64,000 bases of DNA from Eledone cirrhosa (GCA_964016885.1 OZ024748.1:19282001-19346000); one strand, 5' to 3'; positions 42,166 to 62,302 are shown, numbered from the stretch's first letter. Notes: generated by a model not told the origin, from the letters alone. Made by a program: numbers and translations.

Positions 42166-43019
42166 AATAAAGCGGCGAGTTGGCAGAATCGTTAGCACGT
42201 CGGATAGAATGTTTTGCAGTAGTAGTTCTGAAAATGACCTCTAAGTTCAAATGCCGCTGGGGTCAACTTTGCCTTTCATCCATTCGAGGGCGATAAAAAA
42301 AAAATACCAGTTTTGTACTGGGGTCAATTCTTCGTCTATATCTCTTTTTCTCAACCTCTACCACTCTCACCCCTTCTCGGGTAGAAGTCTTCAAACATGG
42401 AGATATATTTAAAGAGACAGGTTTAAAATGATAAAAATGCCCAAGACGTGACATGTATGTCATGATAACGCCCCCACGACTACACCAACAGTTATGTGAT
42501 CATATATACATGCTCAATAAGCTGGGCGGCGGGGTTGGGGGGGGGGGGTATTATAGCAAAGTTCACGTGAGAACACTGATTTTACTGAAAGGTTTTCTTG
42601 GTAACCCTAAATATTGAGTAGAATTGATTTATAGAAAAATAAAAGATTGCTTATACGACAATATGCCTATATATATAATAATTTAATGTATGATATGTAT
42701 TTATATATTGTATATCGATATTGGTGATCGATAGCGAAGTTTGTTACTGGTTTCCAAGAAGATAATATCATTGGTTCATTGCATTTATAACGGGTGTTTG
42801 GTGGTGGTGATGGTGATGTTGGTGGTGGGTGAGGGAGGTGGTGGTGTGATGGTGGTGATGGTGGTGTGATGTTGGTGGTGGTGGTGGTAGTGGTTGTGGT
42901 GATGGTGGTGTGATAGGGACAGTGGGCTGTCTAACGAGGTGGAACAAATAACATTTATGCGCTTATTTATGCGTTTATGTATGCGTTTATCTATAAATTA
43001 TTCTAGATATATGTGTAGA

Positions 43020-43690
43020 GGCGTGTGGCTTAGAGGTTAGGGTGTTCACGATCGTAAAGTCAATCCTGAAAATATGTGCTGATGTTGCAGGTGTTGTTGT
43101 TATTGTCACTGCTGTCGTTGCCTTCCTCTTGTTAATGGTAGTGGTAGTGATTGCTGGTATGATGTTGGTGTATTCACATATATATTGTTGTTGCTGGTGT
43201 TGTTATTGTCACTGCTGTCGTTGCCTTCCTCTTGTTAATGGTATAGTGGTAGTGATTGCGGGTATGATGTTGGTGTATACACATATATGTTGTTGTTGTC
43301 ATTGTTGTTGTCGTTGCCTTCCTCTTGTTTATGGTAGTGGTGATGGTTGCTGGTATGATGTTGGTGTATTCACATATATGTTGTTGTTATTGTCACTGTT
43401 GCTGTCGTTGCCTTCCTCTTGTTAATGGTAGTGGTGGTTGATACTGTTCTCTATTTCGGCTGCCAGGCATGTGGTCTTGAACAAAAACACTTTATTTCTC
43501 GTTGACCCTGTCTCCCTTAGCTGACAGAAAGGAGCTGTACTTGTGACCCAAAGGGACAGCTTCATCACACACTGTACCACGCTAAGAGTACTTGTGCCTG
43601 TGAAATGCTCAGCCTCTTGCATGTCAATTTCACGAACAGGTTATTCCGTTGTTCAAGCAAATGGAACACTCCTCGTCGAAACTGACGTTG
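43020..43690 (+). mobile_element. Old CORE-type SINE interrupted by a ~115-bp tandem repeat (43074-43436)
   Basis: Head ggcgtgtggcttagaggttag at 43020; CORE-like gtcttgaacaaaaacacttta at ~43475. Confidence 0.55.
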
Positions 43691-44099
43691 GCACAAACTC
43701 AACTCTATCTGACAGGTGTGAGAAAAGAAAGGGTGGGGTCGTAGGGTCACCGTTCTGAAACACCAGCTAGGGTAAAGCCTAACCCCTCATCACGTCTTAG
43801 TACAACAGATTTCTTCCAGGGTAAAAGAGAGAAGGAGAAAGAGAAGGAGAGAGAGGGGGGAGAGAAAGAGAGAGGGACAGAGAGAGTGAGAGATAGAGAG
43901 ATACAGAGAAAGAGAGAAGGAGAAAGAGAGAAGGAGAAAGAGAGAAGGAGTAAGAGACAGAGATAGAGCAATGAGAGAAAGAGAAAGACAAGAAAGAGAG
44001 AGAAAGAGAGAGAGAGAGAATAAGATAGAGATAGAAAGAGAGAATGAGAGAGTGAGGGAGAGAAGGAGAGAGAAAGAGAGAGATAATGAGAGAACCAGA

Positions 44100-44149
<50 letters not shown>

Positions 44150-44467
44150 AGGAGAGAGAGAATGTGACTTTATTTATCGACCTCAAGAGAATGAATGGTA
44201 AAATTGACGTTCTAACAACTCTACAAACTGGCAGCCTTTATATATAGGTGTAAGGGGCTTTACTGAATAATGTTTTTGATGTCGACGGCGGTAGTTATTA
44301 GCAATTGTTCTGATCAACTCTCTCTGTGTGTGCGGGTGTGTGTGTGCGGGTGTGTGTGTGCGGGTGTGTGTGTGGGGGTGTGTGTGGGGGTGATCTTATC
44401 TGGGCTTATGTTATTAACGCTTAGTTTGCTTGTTTGCCATCGATCCCCACCTATTGTTATAAATACA

Positions 44468-44572
<105 letters not shown>

Positions 44573-44684
44573 AAAGAATGAAAATAACATGGCTGTACAA
44601 CAAGGGGCTTTATTTCAGGTATTAGCAATTCTTTCATTGAAGAAATATATAAATATATAAATATATATACATATATATATATAC

Positions 44685-44778
<94 letters not shown>

Positions 44779-44798
44779 CGACACAGTACAATGAAGAA

Positions 44799-44884
<86 letters not shown>

Positions 44885-44960
44885 GTAAATATATATATTT
44901 ATATATATATATCTTTATTGTACTGTGTCGCTTGCTTTGTTATTTCTGTTTACTTTTTAC

Positions 44961-45157
<197 letters not shown>

Positions 45158-45371
45158 CAGCTAATAATGCTTTATTTAATGATAATAGAATATTGATGTC
45201 AATATTACCATAGCGACAGTGTGTTTAATGAATGAGTTATAGGAGAGCAGGTTTATACCTGACACAGAAGGGGAAATATGGAGGGGTTGGGGTGAGGGTG
45301 GTTAGTTGGTGGGGGTGGAGAGTGGTGGGTGGAGGGTGGTGGGTAGAGTGTGGTGGGTGGAGAGTGATGTG

Positions 45372-46380
45372 TGGGAGTAGTCGGGTGGATAGTGGTAGAG
45401 AGAGTGAGTGAGAGTGAATAGTCGGGTGGATAGTGGTAGAGAGAGTGAGTGAGGGTGAATAGTCGGGTGGATAGTGGTAGAGAGAGTGAGTGAGGGTGAG
45501 TAGTCGGGTGGATAGTGGTAGAGAGAGTGAGTGAGGGGTGAGTAGTCGGGTGGATAGTGGTCGAGAGAGTGAGTGAGGGGTGAGTAGTCGGGTGGATAGT
45601 GGTAGAGAGAGTGAGTGAGGGTGAGTAGTCGGGTGGATAGTGGTAGAGAGAGAGTGAGTGAGGGTGAGTAGTCGGGTGGATAGTGGTAGAGAGAGAGAGA
45701 GAGTGAGTGAGGGTGAGTAGTCGGGTGGATAGTGGTAGAGAGAGTGAGTGAGGGTGAGTAGTCGGGTGGATAGTGGTAGAGAGAGTGAGTGAGGGTGAGT
45801 AGTCGGGTGGATAGTGGTAGAGAGAGTGAGTGAGGGGTGAGTAGTCGGGTGGATAGTGGTAGAGAGAGTGAGTGAGGGTGAGTAGTCGGGTGGATAGTGG
45901 TAGAGAGAGAGTGAGTGAGGGGTGAGTAATCGGGTGGATAGTGGTAGAGAGAGAGAGTGAGTGAGGGGTGAGTAGTCGGGTGGATAGTGGTAGAGAGAGT
46001 GAGTGAGGAGTGAGTAGTCGGGTGGATAGTGGTAGAGAGAGTGAGTGAGGGGTGAGTAGTCGGGTGGGTAGTGGTAGAGAGAGTGAGTGAGGATGAGTAG
46101 TCGGGTGGATAGTGGTAGAGAGAGAGAGTGAGTGAGGGTGAGTAGTCGGGTGGATAGTGGTAGAGAGAGTGAGTGAGGGTGAGTAGTCGGGTGGATAGTG
46201 GTAGAGAGAGTGAGTGAGGGGTGAGTAGTCGGGTGGATAGTGGTCGAGAGAGTGAGTGAGGGTGAGTAGTCGGGTGGCTAGTGGTAGAGAGAGTGAGCGA
46301 TGGCGGTGAGAGTGAGTGGGAGTAATCGTGTGGTGAGTGGTAGAGAGAGTGAGTGAGGGTGACGAGGCTGAGTAGTCGGG
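45372..46380. repeat. ~41-bp purine-rich minisatellite, ~23 copies
   Basis: Unit gagtagtcgggtggatagtggtagagagagtgagtgagggt. Confidence 0.95.
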
Positions 46381-46502
46381 TACAAGTGGTGGGAGGAGTG
46401 TGGGATCACTATATAGAATTGTTAGCAGGAATTAAACGTAGGAACAAATAAATGTCTGTAAGAAAAAATATATCAAAAACCGAAAGAAAATCCAGAAATA
46501 AC

Positions 46503-46882
46503 AATGATTTCTACGTTTGACACAAGGCCAGCAATATTGGGCGAGGGGAAAGTCGATTACATCGACCCCAGTACGTTACTGGTACTTTACTTTATCGACC
46601 CCGGCGGGATTTGAACTCAGACCGTAAAGGACCGTAACTCTATGCTGCAAAGAATGGCGTCCGACTCTCTACCAATACAGCCAATCCACCAACTAGAAAT
46701 AAATAATTGTTTCTACTTTAGGCACAAGGCCAGCAATTATCCCAGTGCATTACTGGTACTTTATTTTATCGACCCCGTAAGGATGAAAGGCAAAGTTAAC
46801 CTCTGCGGGATTTGAACTCAGACCGTAAAGGACCGTAACTCTATGCGTCAAAGCATGGCGTCCGACCCTCTGCCAATCCACC
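46503..46882 (-). mobile_element. Two tandem family A SINEs (46503-46690, 46705-46882)
   Basis: Family match. Confidence 0.88.
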
Positions 46883-47549
46883 AACCAGAAATAATAATGA
46901 GAGTTCTTTCAATGAGATGGGCATGGTTGGATATTTTCTCACAATAATTGTTTCCTTTTTTTTTCATTATATTTTCCTATTTTACTTTCCATTCTTTCTT
47001 CTCAATCTAAATTTTCTTTGGTTTTTTCTTTCTGTTTCTATTTATCTCTATTTACATGATATATTCCAAAAATAAATTATATTCTTACATTTGAAATAAA
47101 TAGAAAATTTAAATTTCAACTGAATATTCGTCAGTGCTGGTCACATGGCGGTTTCACCTAACCCCTGACCGACAAGTGTTTATGCGGGCCATAATCTGAG
47201 AAAGCTTGGTACACAGAATACTATCTCAGAAATTTACCCAAGTGTCATGATACAGGGTTCAGCACCGAAGCCACGAACAAATCTTAGACCAATTATTTGA
47301 TCCCCTTCCTCTCTTTTTTTAATGGTAACATATTTAAAGTTTTGTCCACCGGGACGATGATATTACGCTTATCTGAGTCTTTGTAAATGACATGTGATGG
47401 TTGTGTTATCTTTTGAGGTGTTCTTTCTGGTATATACAGCCGATGAAACGTTATAAATATAGATGTAGAGGGTTCATTGGGTCTTTCTATAAAGCTGACA
47501 TTAGTCCTTCTATACGAGAAATTTCAAAACAGTCCAAAAGCAAGAATGA

Positions 47550-51945
<4,396 letters not shown>

Positions 51946-52789
51946 TATAAATGTTATAGTATAAACGAGGTAGGAATTGTTGTCTGTAGTTCTATAACAG
52001 GTGAGTTCTTGTCAGTAGGATTGTCTGTGAAGTGGCCAAACTTTGCAGTTGTCCACGTCAAGGAATAAGCAAGGATGGGTCAATGCTACACATCTTAGCA
52101 AACAAATAACACTGTCATCAACTTCAGATTATTTTATTTCAGACAATAATGGTACCTGAAGTGGCTGTAATAAGAGTACTTCTTTCTCTTTGACAAGTTG
52201 AAAAGTCGGTTGTTTTACGTTGAAGGGTAGAAAAACAACAACAACAAAAAACAACCAAAACAAAACGAAACAAACAACAGAAAAAAATCTTCATAAAAAA
52301 AAGAATACAATAAAAAAACAATAAGTCCCCACTTCAATCACAAAAAAGGAAATTCACAAAATGTGGGAATTTTGAGAGCTTTATAAAAACGACGAGTGTT
52401 TTATCACAGAATTAAAGGAATTAATTCATTTGACATTTATAGTGAAGTATGTATGAGAGAAATCAGCCATGTTTATTGAGGTTTTGAGTAAAACGACGAG
52501 AGACAGTCGTTAATTGACTAAACAAATGAGTGTAAACAAAAAAAAAAAAGCATATCTTTAAAGAATTTTAAACTCAGTTAAAAGACACAAAGCAACTTTT
52601 AAGTTCACTTTACATTTATCGTTTCTTTCTTGGTGTCAACATTTCCGCAGTATTGTTTGCAATGATTATTGACGCAGTTCCACTATATAATATCTTCTTC
52701 AAAATGGCTGATTGAATAAACACGTGCTTTTTCTTTAAACTATTTTCCCGTTCCTCCATCTTCTCACTCTCTATCTTTTTATTTAATAT

Positions 52790-52915
52790 ATTATTTCTCA
52801 TTATATTTTCTGATGAAATACTACTATCCGAAACGTTAAAAGTCTTTTCCTACTATATCAAGCGTTGAACTAATATATTTCTTCATTTCACTGTGTTGTG
52901 TTTCCGTTTAACTTT
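52790..52915 (+). mobile_element. Old repeat with a degenerate minimal HHR (52805-52843)
   Basis: atttt CTGATGA aatactactatcc GAAA cgt TA aaagt; relative at 2965. Confidence 0.45.
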
Positions 52916-53215
52916 TTGCATAAATATATAATTTACATTGGAATTATGGGCTATTTTTGATGTCGTAAATTTCGTTGCACTGTTTGTGACTTTCTCTCTG
53001 ATACAGTTCCGTTTCAACTGTGACCAAATTGTAAAAGTTAAAACAGCATGAAAGGGATTTCAGGGTTTTAAAATAATGCGAGAGATTTTTATATTTGATT
53101 CAAGAGAGATTGCATCAAGTGCAAAAACCCAAATATTTACTCAAAGTACATCATTATATTAATCATAAAATAAGATTTATCATAATTATTATCACAGGCA
53201 CACATACACACAGAG

Positions 53216-53262
<47 letters not shown>

Positions 53263-53481
53263 GATACACTCAAATGAAATGTGTGGGAGAAGACTAAATG
53301 AAAAAGTTCAGAAAGCCACAAAATGAGTAATTAAAAAAAACTAAAATTTGATGGATTTCATGTAAAATCGATTGAAATTTAAAGCAATAATACATGGTTC
53401 GTTAATCAGAGTGTTTTAATCATTAAATATAGCAATTTTAGTAATAGTGGAATCCGGCGATATACATACTACATACATACT

Positions 53482-53520
<39 letters not shown>

Positions 53521-53525
53521 ATGTG

Positions 53526-53570
<45 letters not shown>

Positions 53571-53619
53571 ATGTGTATGTATATATATGCATTTATATAT
53601 ATGCATATATATATATGTA

Positions 53620-53653
<34 letters not shown>

Positions 53654-53683
53654 TATGTATATACATATATATATATATGTATG

Positions 53684-53742
<59 letters not shown>

Positions 53743-53942
53743 ATATATATACATATATATATACATATATATATATGTTTATATATATATATATATATGC
53801 ATGTATATATGTATATATGTATATATATAACTATATAACTATATATACATATATATACATATATATACACACATATATATATATAAATATATATATATAT
53901 ATTTGTGTATATATATGTATATATGTATATATAGGTATATAG

Positions 53943-53995
<53 letters not shown>

Positions 53996-54072
53996 CATAT
54001 ATATATATATATACATATATATATTTTTATACATTTATATATATATAAATATATATTTATACAAACACACAT

Positions 54073-54103
<31 letters not shown>

Positions 54104-54265
54104 CATACATATTAAATAGTCGAACCAAGAACACCCTGACTGGTAATCGTTGCTATGGTTATAACATGTACTTTACAAATACAGTGGATTTGCACTCCTT
54201 GCTCGTTCTAACTCATATTATATATACTTCCTTTACTAATACACAAATCTATAAATATATACAAC

Positions 54266-55168
54266 ATGCAGTTTAATGCTGGCAAATTCCAAGCCCTACA
54301 ATACAAACCTCCAAACAAACCTGCAAACACAAATATAGTACAACACAACTACACAAGACCAGGAGGGACAGATATCCCCGTGTCAAAATCGATGCGAGAC
54401 CTGGGCATAGACATGAGCGATGATGCATCTTTTTCCTCACACATCATGAAGGTGGCGACAATGTGCAGACGACTCGCTGGCTGGATCTTGAGGACTTTCA
54501 GGACAAGAGATCAAGACACCATGTTGACATGATGGAGGACATTTGTCCTAAGCCGCCTGGACTACTGCTCCCAGTTGTCGTCACCCTATAGTGTCAAACT
54601 AACCACGGAGCTTGATGCAATCCAGCGAAGCTACACCAAGAGGATTGCCACGATGAAGGAGACAAGCTACTGGGAGAGGCTAAAGGAACTGAACCTCTAC
54701 TCCTTGGAACGAAGACGGGAGAGATACGCAGTGATCTACATGTGGAAAATCCTGGAGAGACTAGCACCAAACTTTGGCATTGAGAGCTGGACCAACCGTC
54801 GAACAGGACGTCACTGTGTGGTGCCAAAGGTCCCGTCTTCCACATCTAGAATAAGAAGCGGGTATTGCAATAGCCTGGGATTCAAGGGCCCTCAACTCTT
54901 CAACAAGCTGCCGAGGGATCTGAGAGATTTGCATGACGTGGAGGTGGATGTCTTCAAGAAACATCTCGACACCTTGCTATCCAGGATCCCGGATGAGCCC
55001 ACAGCAAGGCACGAGGGAAACCTAAGGGCAGCAGCAACAAACTCCCTCTTTCACCAGTGGCCAACCTATACAGGCTGGAGATAAAATGTGTAGCAACAAG
55101 GGCGGTGCTCCAGCATGGCCTCAGCGGATGGCTGAAACAGGTAAAAGAGAAAAAGAGTAAAAGAGTAT
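54266..55168 (+). mobile_element. 5'-truncated CR1/L2-group LINE: end of RT and C-terminus (one in-frame stop at 54530) plus 3' UTR and tail
   Basis: MQFNAGKF...RDLGI...ILRTF...SRLDYCS...YWERLKELNLYSLERRRER...FNKLP...FKKHLD..L..IPDEP. The two track ORFs are in the same frame. Tail is (gtaaaaga)-like. Confidence 0.92.
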
Positions 55169-55203
55169 AGGTATATGTACATATATATATATATATGCTA
55201 TAT

Positions 55204-55406
55204 CGATCGATTTTCATCAAATCGGACCGAGGAAACAATGTTTCCATTGGTCTTTCCAATGCTAATACTATCTATCGATCGCAACTCCAGGCAGAAGGAG
55301 CAGCTGTCTTGCTCAAGGACATAACGCATCGGAAGGTCCGGGAATCAAACTCACAACCTCAAGATTGCGAATCCAATTCTCTAACCACTCAGCCACACGC
55401 CTTCAC
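55204..55406 (-). mobile_element. CORE-SINE family B
   Basis: Colinear with 11419. Confidence 0.85.
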
Positions 55407-55407
55407 T

Positions 55408-55553
55408 AAATATGGCAGGAGCTCGGCCATCGGGGTCCTGACTCTTTCATATTACCACACACTACTATCCCTAGTACTTTCGTGAGTAATGGTCTAACTA
55501 AAAGGTTAGCTCTGCATCCATTCTGATTCACACATATATATGTATATATATAT

Positions 55554-55638
<85 letters not shown>

Positions 55639-55644
55639 CATATG

Positions 55645-55727
<83 letters not shown>

Positions 55728-55782
55728 GAGTCAGGACCCCGACGGCCGAGCTCCTGCCGTTTCAACAGTTTGTTCCGAACTA
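55408..55782. mobile_element. Sister of the hairpin family: two inverted pieces (55408-55530 +, 55722-55782 -) separated by (TA)n
   Basis: gaaacggcaggagctcggccgtcggggtcctgactctttcat parallels gaaacggcttgagctcagccgtcggggtcctactcgttcct. Confidence 0.7.
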
Positions 55783-55843
55783 TGAATATAAATACACACA
55801 CGCACACAAACACACACACACATACATACACACACACACATAC

Positions 55844-55883
<40 letters not shown>

Positions 55884-55943
55884 GTAACTGTTTCATTCCT
55901 GACCATTTCTTTTGAATGAAATAGTTCTAGTTCTGAGAAGCCA

Positions 55944-55979
<36 letters not shown>

Positions 55980-55980
<1 letters not shown>

Positions 55981-56552
55981 CGTTTCTGAATTTGTTTAGC
56001 AAGATTCTTTATCTGAAATCGTGTGTTGAAACCGATATTGTTATACTTTGGGAGGGTCATGTTGCCAATAAGAAACACACGCACCAGTTGCTTTCACTTC
56101 AATTTATTATATATTTATAAATTTATAAATTTATAAATTTCTAGTTGGTTGGTTGTTTCCACAACCAGATAGTTGTTTATATATAGTCATAGTTCTTTCG
56201 TCACACACTCTGTGACCTCTTCAGTGACTGGGGATTCCTTTCTTTGTTTCTGTGCCTCTCCTTTGTTCTGTCCTACGCCATTTTGTTTCTGTGTGTGTGT
56301 TGTGTGCTCAGTCTGCGCATGCGCCACATCCGGGTGTCTGTGTGTGTTTATGTTCATTTATTTATTTGTTTATTTACATGTTACTGGTTGGTTGTTTGTT
56401 CTATGTCTGTGTGTGTTTTCATTTTGTCCTTAATTGTAAGTTGTGATGTTGCTGTTCCACTCATATTTTCTATTTAATTTTGGTTGTAATTCTTTTATGT
56501 TTATTGCCTCTGTAATTTGTCTAAACATTGCGTCTTTTCTGTGTGTATAATA
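55980..56552 (-). mobile_element. Penelope-like element 3' remnant: GIY-YIG C-terminus (56552-56430) plus pLTR with HHR
   Basis: Minus strand YYTHRKDAMFRQITEAINIKELQPKLNRKYEWNSNITTYN* shows the R.I.EA..I....P.LN.K.EW motif; HHR lies downstream on the same strand. Confidence 0.75.
56185..56229 (-). ncRNA. Type I minimal hammerhead ribozyme
   Basis: agtca-CTGAAGA-g-gtcaca gagtg tgtgac-GAAA-gaac-TA-tgact; one extra nucleotide before stem II. Confidence 0.7.
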
Positions 56553-56676
56553 CTATTTATAGTTATGTATATAGTATAAACAACTATAAACAGGAAGGTC
56601 AGTAATTTCCTACTACCTTATTATCAGTAAGAGAAATAGCTCAATGTAAGAACATCAGTTGTTTTACAGAGCAGGA

Positions 56677-57827
<1,151 letters not shown>

Positions 57828-57887
57828 ATATATAGATATATGTATAAATACGTATTAATATATGTAATCATTATATATATATATAGA

Positions 57888-58077
57888 GGGCGGTGGATTG
57901 GCAGTATCGGTAGAGGGTCGGACGCCATGCTTTGACGCATAGAGTTACGTCCCTTGCCATTCTGAGTTCAAAGCCCGCCAAGGTTAACTTTGCCTTTCAT
58001 CCTCATGGGTTCGACGAAATAAAGTACCAGTAATGCACTGGGTATTTGCTGGCCTTGTGCCAAAAGTAGAAACAATT
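57888..58077 (+). mobile_element. Full-length family A SINE
   Basis: ggcggtggattggcagtatcggtagag head through gtagaaacaatt tail. Confidence 0.9.
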
Positions 58078-58232
58078 ATGTATATATATATAATGATGTA
58101 TGTCCCATGTACGTCAATACTTATCTTTTTCCATTTAATTTAGGGTTCTAAACCCAATTATCAGACTAAAATTTCTTTAGTTGAAAAATACGGTGAAAGC
58201 TATTCTTATTTCTAATTTCAAACCTGCTCACT

Positions 58233-58419
58233 GTAGGACCCCGACGGCTGAGCTCAAGCCGTTTCGACGGCTAATTCTGGCGTCCAGAATTAGCCGTCCA
58301 AACGGCTTGAGCTCAGACGTCGGGGTCCTACTCGTTCCTATTACCCACTCTACTACCCTAAGTATTGAGTACTTTGGTGCGTTATGGTCCATCTAGTTCC
58401 TTACCACATTTCCTTCGTT
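58233..58419 (+). mobile_element. Hairpin-family element copy 6
   Basis: Family match. Confidence 0.92.
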
Positions 58420-58446
58420 ATATTTATATATATATACATATATATT

Positions 58447-58556
<110 letters not shown>

Positions 58557-58683
58557 ATTATAATGTAGGAGGTGAGTTTTATTGTAGCACAATAAAGCAA
58601 TGCAAATATCGGCTATGTTGATTTAAAATATGTTGATTTAAAACTATTCACAAGTGTTTTTTAAGCTTCATATCATGTATCCC

Positions 58684-58754
58684 TATTTTATCTGATGAAA
58701 ACGCAGATATCATCCCATGATGATATTTGTTTTTGAAATGCGCATAATAAAATA
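58684..58754 (+). ncRNA. Type I minimal hammerhead ribozyme (same family as 23731) within element 58564-58795
   Basis: tattttat-CTGATGA-aaacgcagatatcatc ccat gatgatatttgttttt-GAAA-tgcgca-TA-ataaaata. Confidence 0.88.
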
Positions 58755-58994
58755 CTTGGAACTCTTTAAACCATTCTTTTGATCATATATTATATATAAT
58801 TATATATATATACATATATACATACTCACACACACGCACACACACGCATCTCACGTATTAATACGCAATCATACAGAGAGGCAGACGGAAAACGAAGAAA
58901 ACAGGTGACCTGCATATTTGAACCGTGATGTGATCAAAGACTTGTTAAAATTGTTGATATTAAATGTACTATTAATAGTATATTTGATGGAGTA

Positions 58995-59800
58995 ATGGTA
59001 ATGGTGGTTGTGATAGTGCTGGTGGTGAGGGTGGGGGGTGATGTTAGTGGTGGTTGTGATGTTGCTGGGGGTGGGGGTGACTGTTGTGGCTGTGGTGGTG
59101 GCGGTGATAGAAGTGACGTTTGTGGTGATGGTGGTGGTGGTGGTGGTGGTGGTTGTTGTGGTAGTGTTTGTGATGGTGGTGGTGGTGGTGGTAGTGGAAG
59201 TGATCGTTATGGTTGTTGTGGTAGCGTCTGTGATGGTGTTGGTGGTGGTGGTGGTGGTGGTGGTGGTGGTAGTGGAAGTGATCGTTGTGGTTGTTGTGGT
59301 AGCGTCTGTGATGGTGTTGGTGGTGGTGGTGGTGGTGGTGGTGGTGGTAGTGGAAGTGATCGTTGTGGTTGTTGTGGTAGCGTCTGTGATGGTGTTGGTG
59401 GTGGTGGTGGTGGTGGTGGTGGTGGTAGTGGAAGTGATCGTTGTGGTTGTTGTGGTAGCGTCTGTGATGGTGTTGGTGGTGGTGGTGGTGGTGGTGGTGG
59501 TGGTAGTGGAAGTGATCGTTGTGGTTGTTGTGGTAGCGTCTGTGATGGTGTTGGTGGCGACGGTGGTGCCGGCGGCGGCGCCGGCGCCGGCGGCGGTGAT
59601 GGTGATTGTTCTTGTGGTGATGGTTATGGTGGTTGTGGTGGATGTAGTGGTGGTGGTGGTGGTGGTGGTGGTGGGGTAGTGGTTTTGGTTGTGGAGGTGG
59701 TTGTGGTGATGATTGTGGTGGCGGTGGTTGTGGTTGTTGTTGTAGCGATGGCTGTCATGGTTGTGGTGGTAGTGGTAGTTATGAGAATGAAATGGTTGTG
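58995..59800. repeat. (GGT)-rich tract with a 78-bp minisatellite, 5 copies (~59150-59555)
   Basis: agtggaagtgatcg recurs every 78 bp. Confidence 0.9.
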
Positions 59801-59965
59801 GAGGGTAAACGCTGAAATCATGTGAGAACTGATATATTTTAATGTGATTTCTGGAGAAAATCTAACGGAAGAGGAATCCTACAATCGTATCATATTCACA
59901 GCTATAATATCAACAGCCGTAGCTACATGAAGTTGAAACAGACGGAAGATATAAGTCTTTAATAA

Positions 59966-60015
<50 letters not shown>

Positions 60016-60383
60016 GTATATATACATACACACATATGCACATATCATTTTATATATGATGAAATATTACATAATTATATATGTATATATATATAAATCT
60101 CTCTATATATACATATACAAATATACATATATATTCATATATATATATAAATACATATATATATATATGTATACATATATATATATGTATATGGATCTAT
60201 ATATATATATTTTTTAAAAATCCAATTCAATAAATAGACCAGGATTTTTTCATTCTGATGATTGAAAGCAACATTTTTTGCTTTTAAGAAACCACTGGTA
60301 AATGGAATAATTGCCTTATGTTGTTTATTACATAACTATATATATATATATACATATATATATACATATATAAATATATACGC

Positions 60384-61100
<717 letters not shown>

Positions 61101-61379
61101 ATATATATATATATAGTATAAATGATTCAGTGAATTATTGGTGGCGGCACCTATATGAGCACTCTATGCACAGGAAGAGTGTATTAAGTAAGAAAAAAAC
61201 CAGATGAAATTTGGTTTACTTGAATGAAGACATAAACAAATCTCCGCTATTTTCTTATCTCTCTTTCTCTCTCTCTCTCTTTATATATGTGCATATATAT
61301 ATATATATATATATATTTCTTCCTCATAATCGTCTCTTTCTCCCTGTTTTCATATATATATAAATAAATATATATATAC

Positions 61380-61414
<35 letters not shown>

Positions 61415-61418
<4 letters not shown>

Positions 61419-61608
61419 AGTAAGTAAGACCCCGACGGCTGAGCTCAAGCCGTTTCGACGGCTAATTCTGAGTACAGAATTAGCCGTCGAAACGGCTTGA
61501 GCTCAGCCGTCGGGGTCTTACTTACTCCTATTACCCACTCTACTACCCTAAGTATTGAGTACTTTGGTGCGTTTTGGTCCACCTGGTTCCTTACCACTTT
61601 TCCCTCGC

Positions 61609-61609
<1 letters not shown>
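61415..61609 (+). mobile_element. Hairpin-family element copy 7
   Basis: Family match. Confidence 0.92.
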
Positions 61610-61685
<76 letters not shown>

Positions 61686-61819
61686 GTATATATATGCAAC
61701 ATTCTGTAAGGCCAACCAAGGATAATTATTGTTCTATATTTTCACCTTTACAAACGTTTCAATACACCCAGAGTTATACACCAAAAGTGGAGAATATCAG
61801 AAAGGTTTTCAGTTACTTA

Positions 61820-61920
<101 letters not shown>

Positions 61921-62077
61921 AACAGATTAAAGTTTAAGCAAAGAATCTCTGCTTTCACCCTTAAACTTTAATCTGTTAATTTAATAAATATTTGCTCTAC
62001 GGTTCTTATATATTTGATATATATTTATCCTTGTCGAGCCCGCTTTGGATTTTAGTCTTCAGATTTATTATTATTAC

Positions 62078-62110
<33 letters not shown>

Positions 62111-62112
<2 letters not shown>

Positions 62113-62302
62113 CGAAGGAAATGTGGCAAGGAACCAGGTGGACCATAACGCACCAAAGTACTCAATACTTAGGGTAGTAGAGTGGGTAATAGGAACGAGT
62201 AGGACCCCGACGGCTGAGCTCAAGTCGTTTCGACGGGTAATTCTGGACTCCAGAATTAGCCGTCGAAACGGCTTGAGCTCAGCCGTCGGGGTCCTACTCG
62301 TT

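Noticed and set aside
51990-52006. Possible 11-nt microexon (tag|ttctataacag|gtgagt)
   Set aside because: Splice-like motifs alone are expected by chance in 64 kb.
57888-58077. tRNA gene suggested by A and B boxes
   Set aside because: No cloverleaf; the boxes belong to multi-copy SINE heads.
58995-59825. Gly/Cys-rich 276-aa ORF resembling a structural protein
   Set aside because: Derived from (GGT)n with a 78-bp tandem. The overlapping poly-Val frame is also open and there is no independent coding evidence, although expression cannot be excluded.
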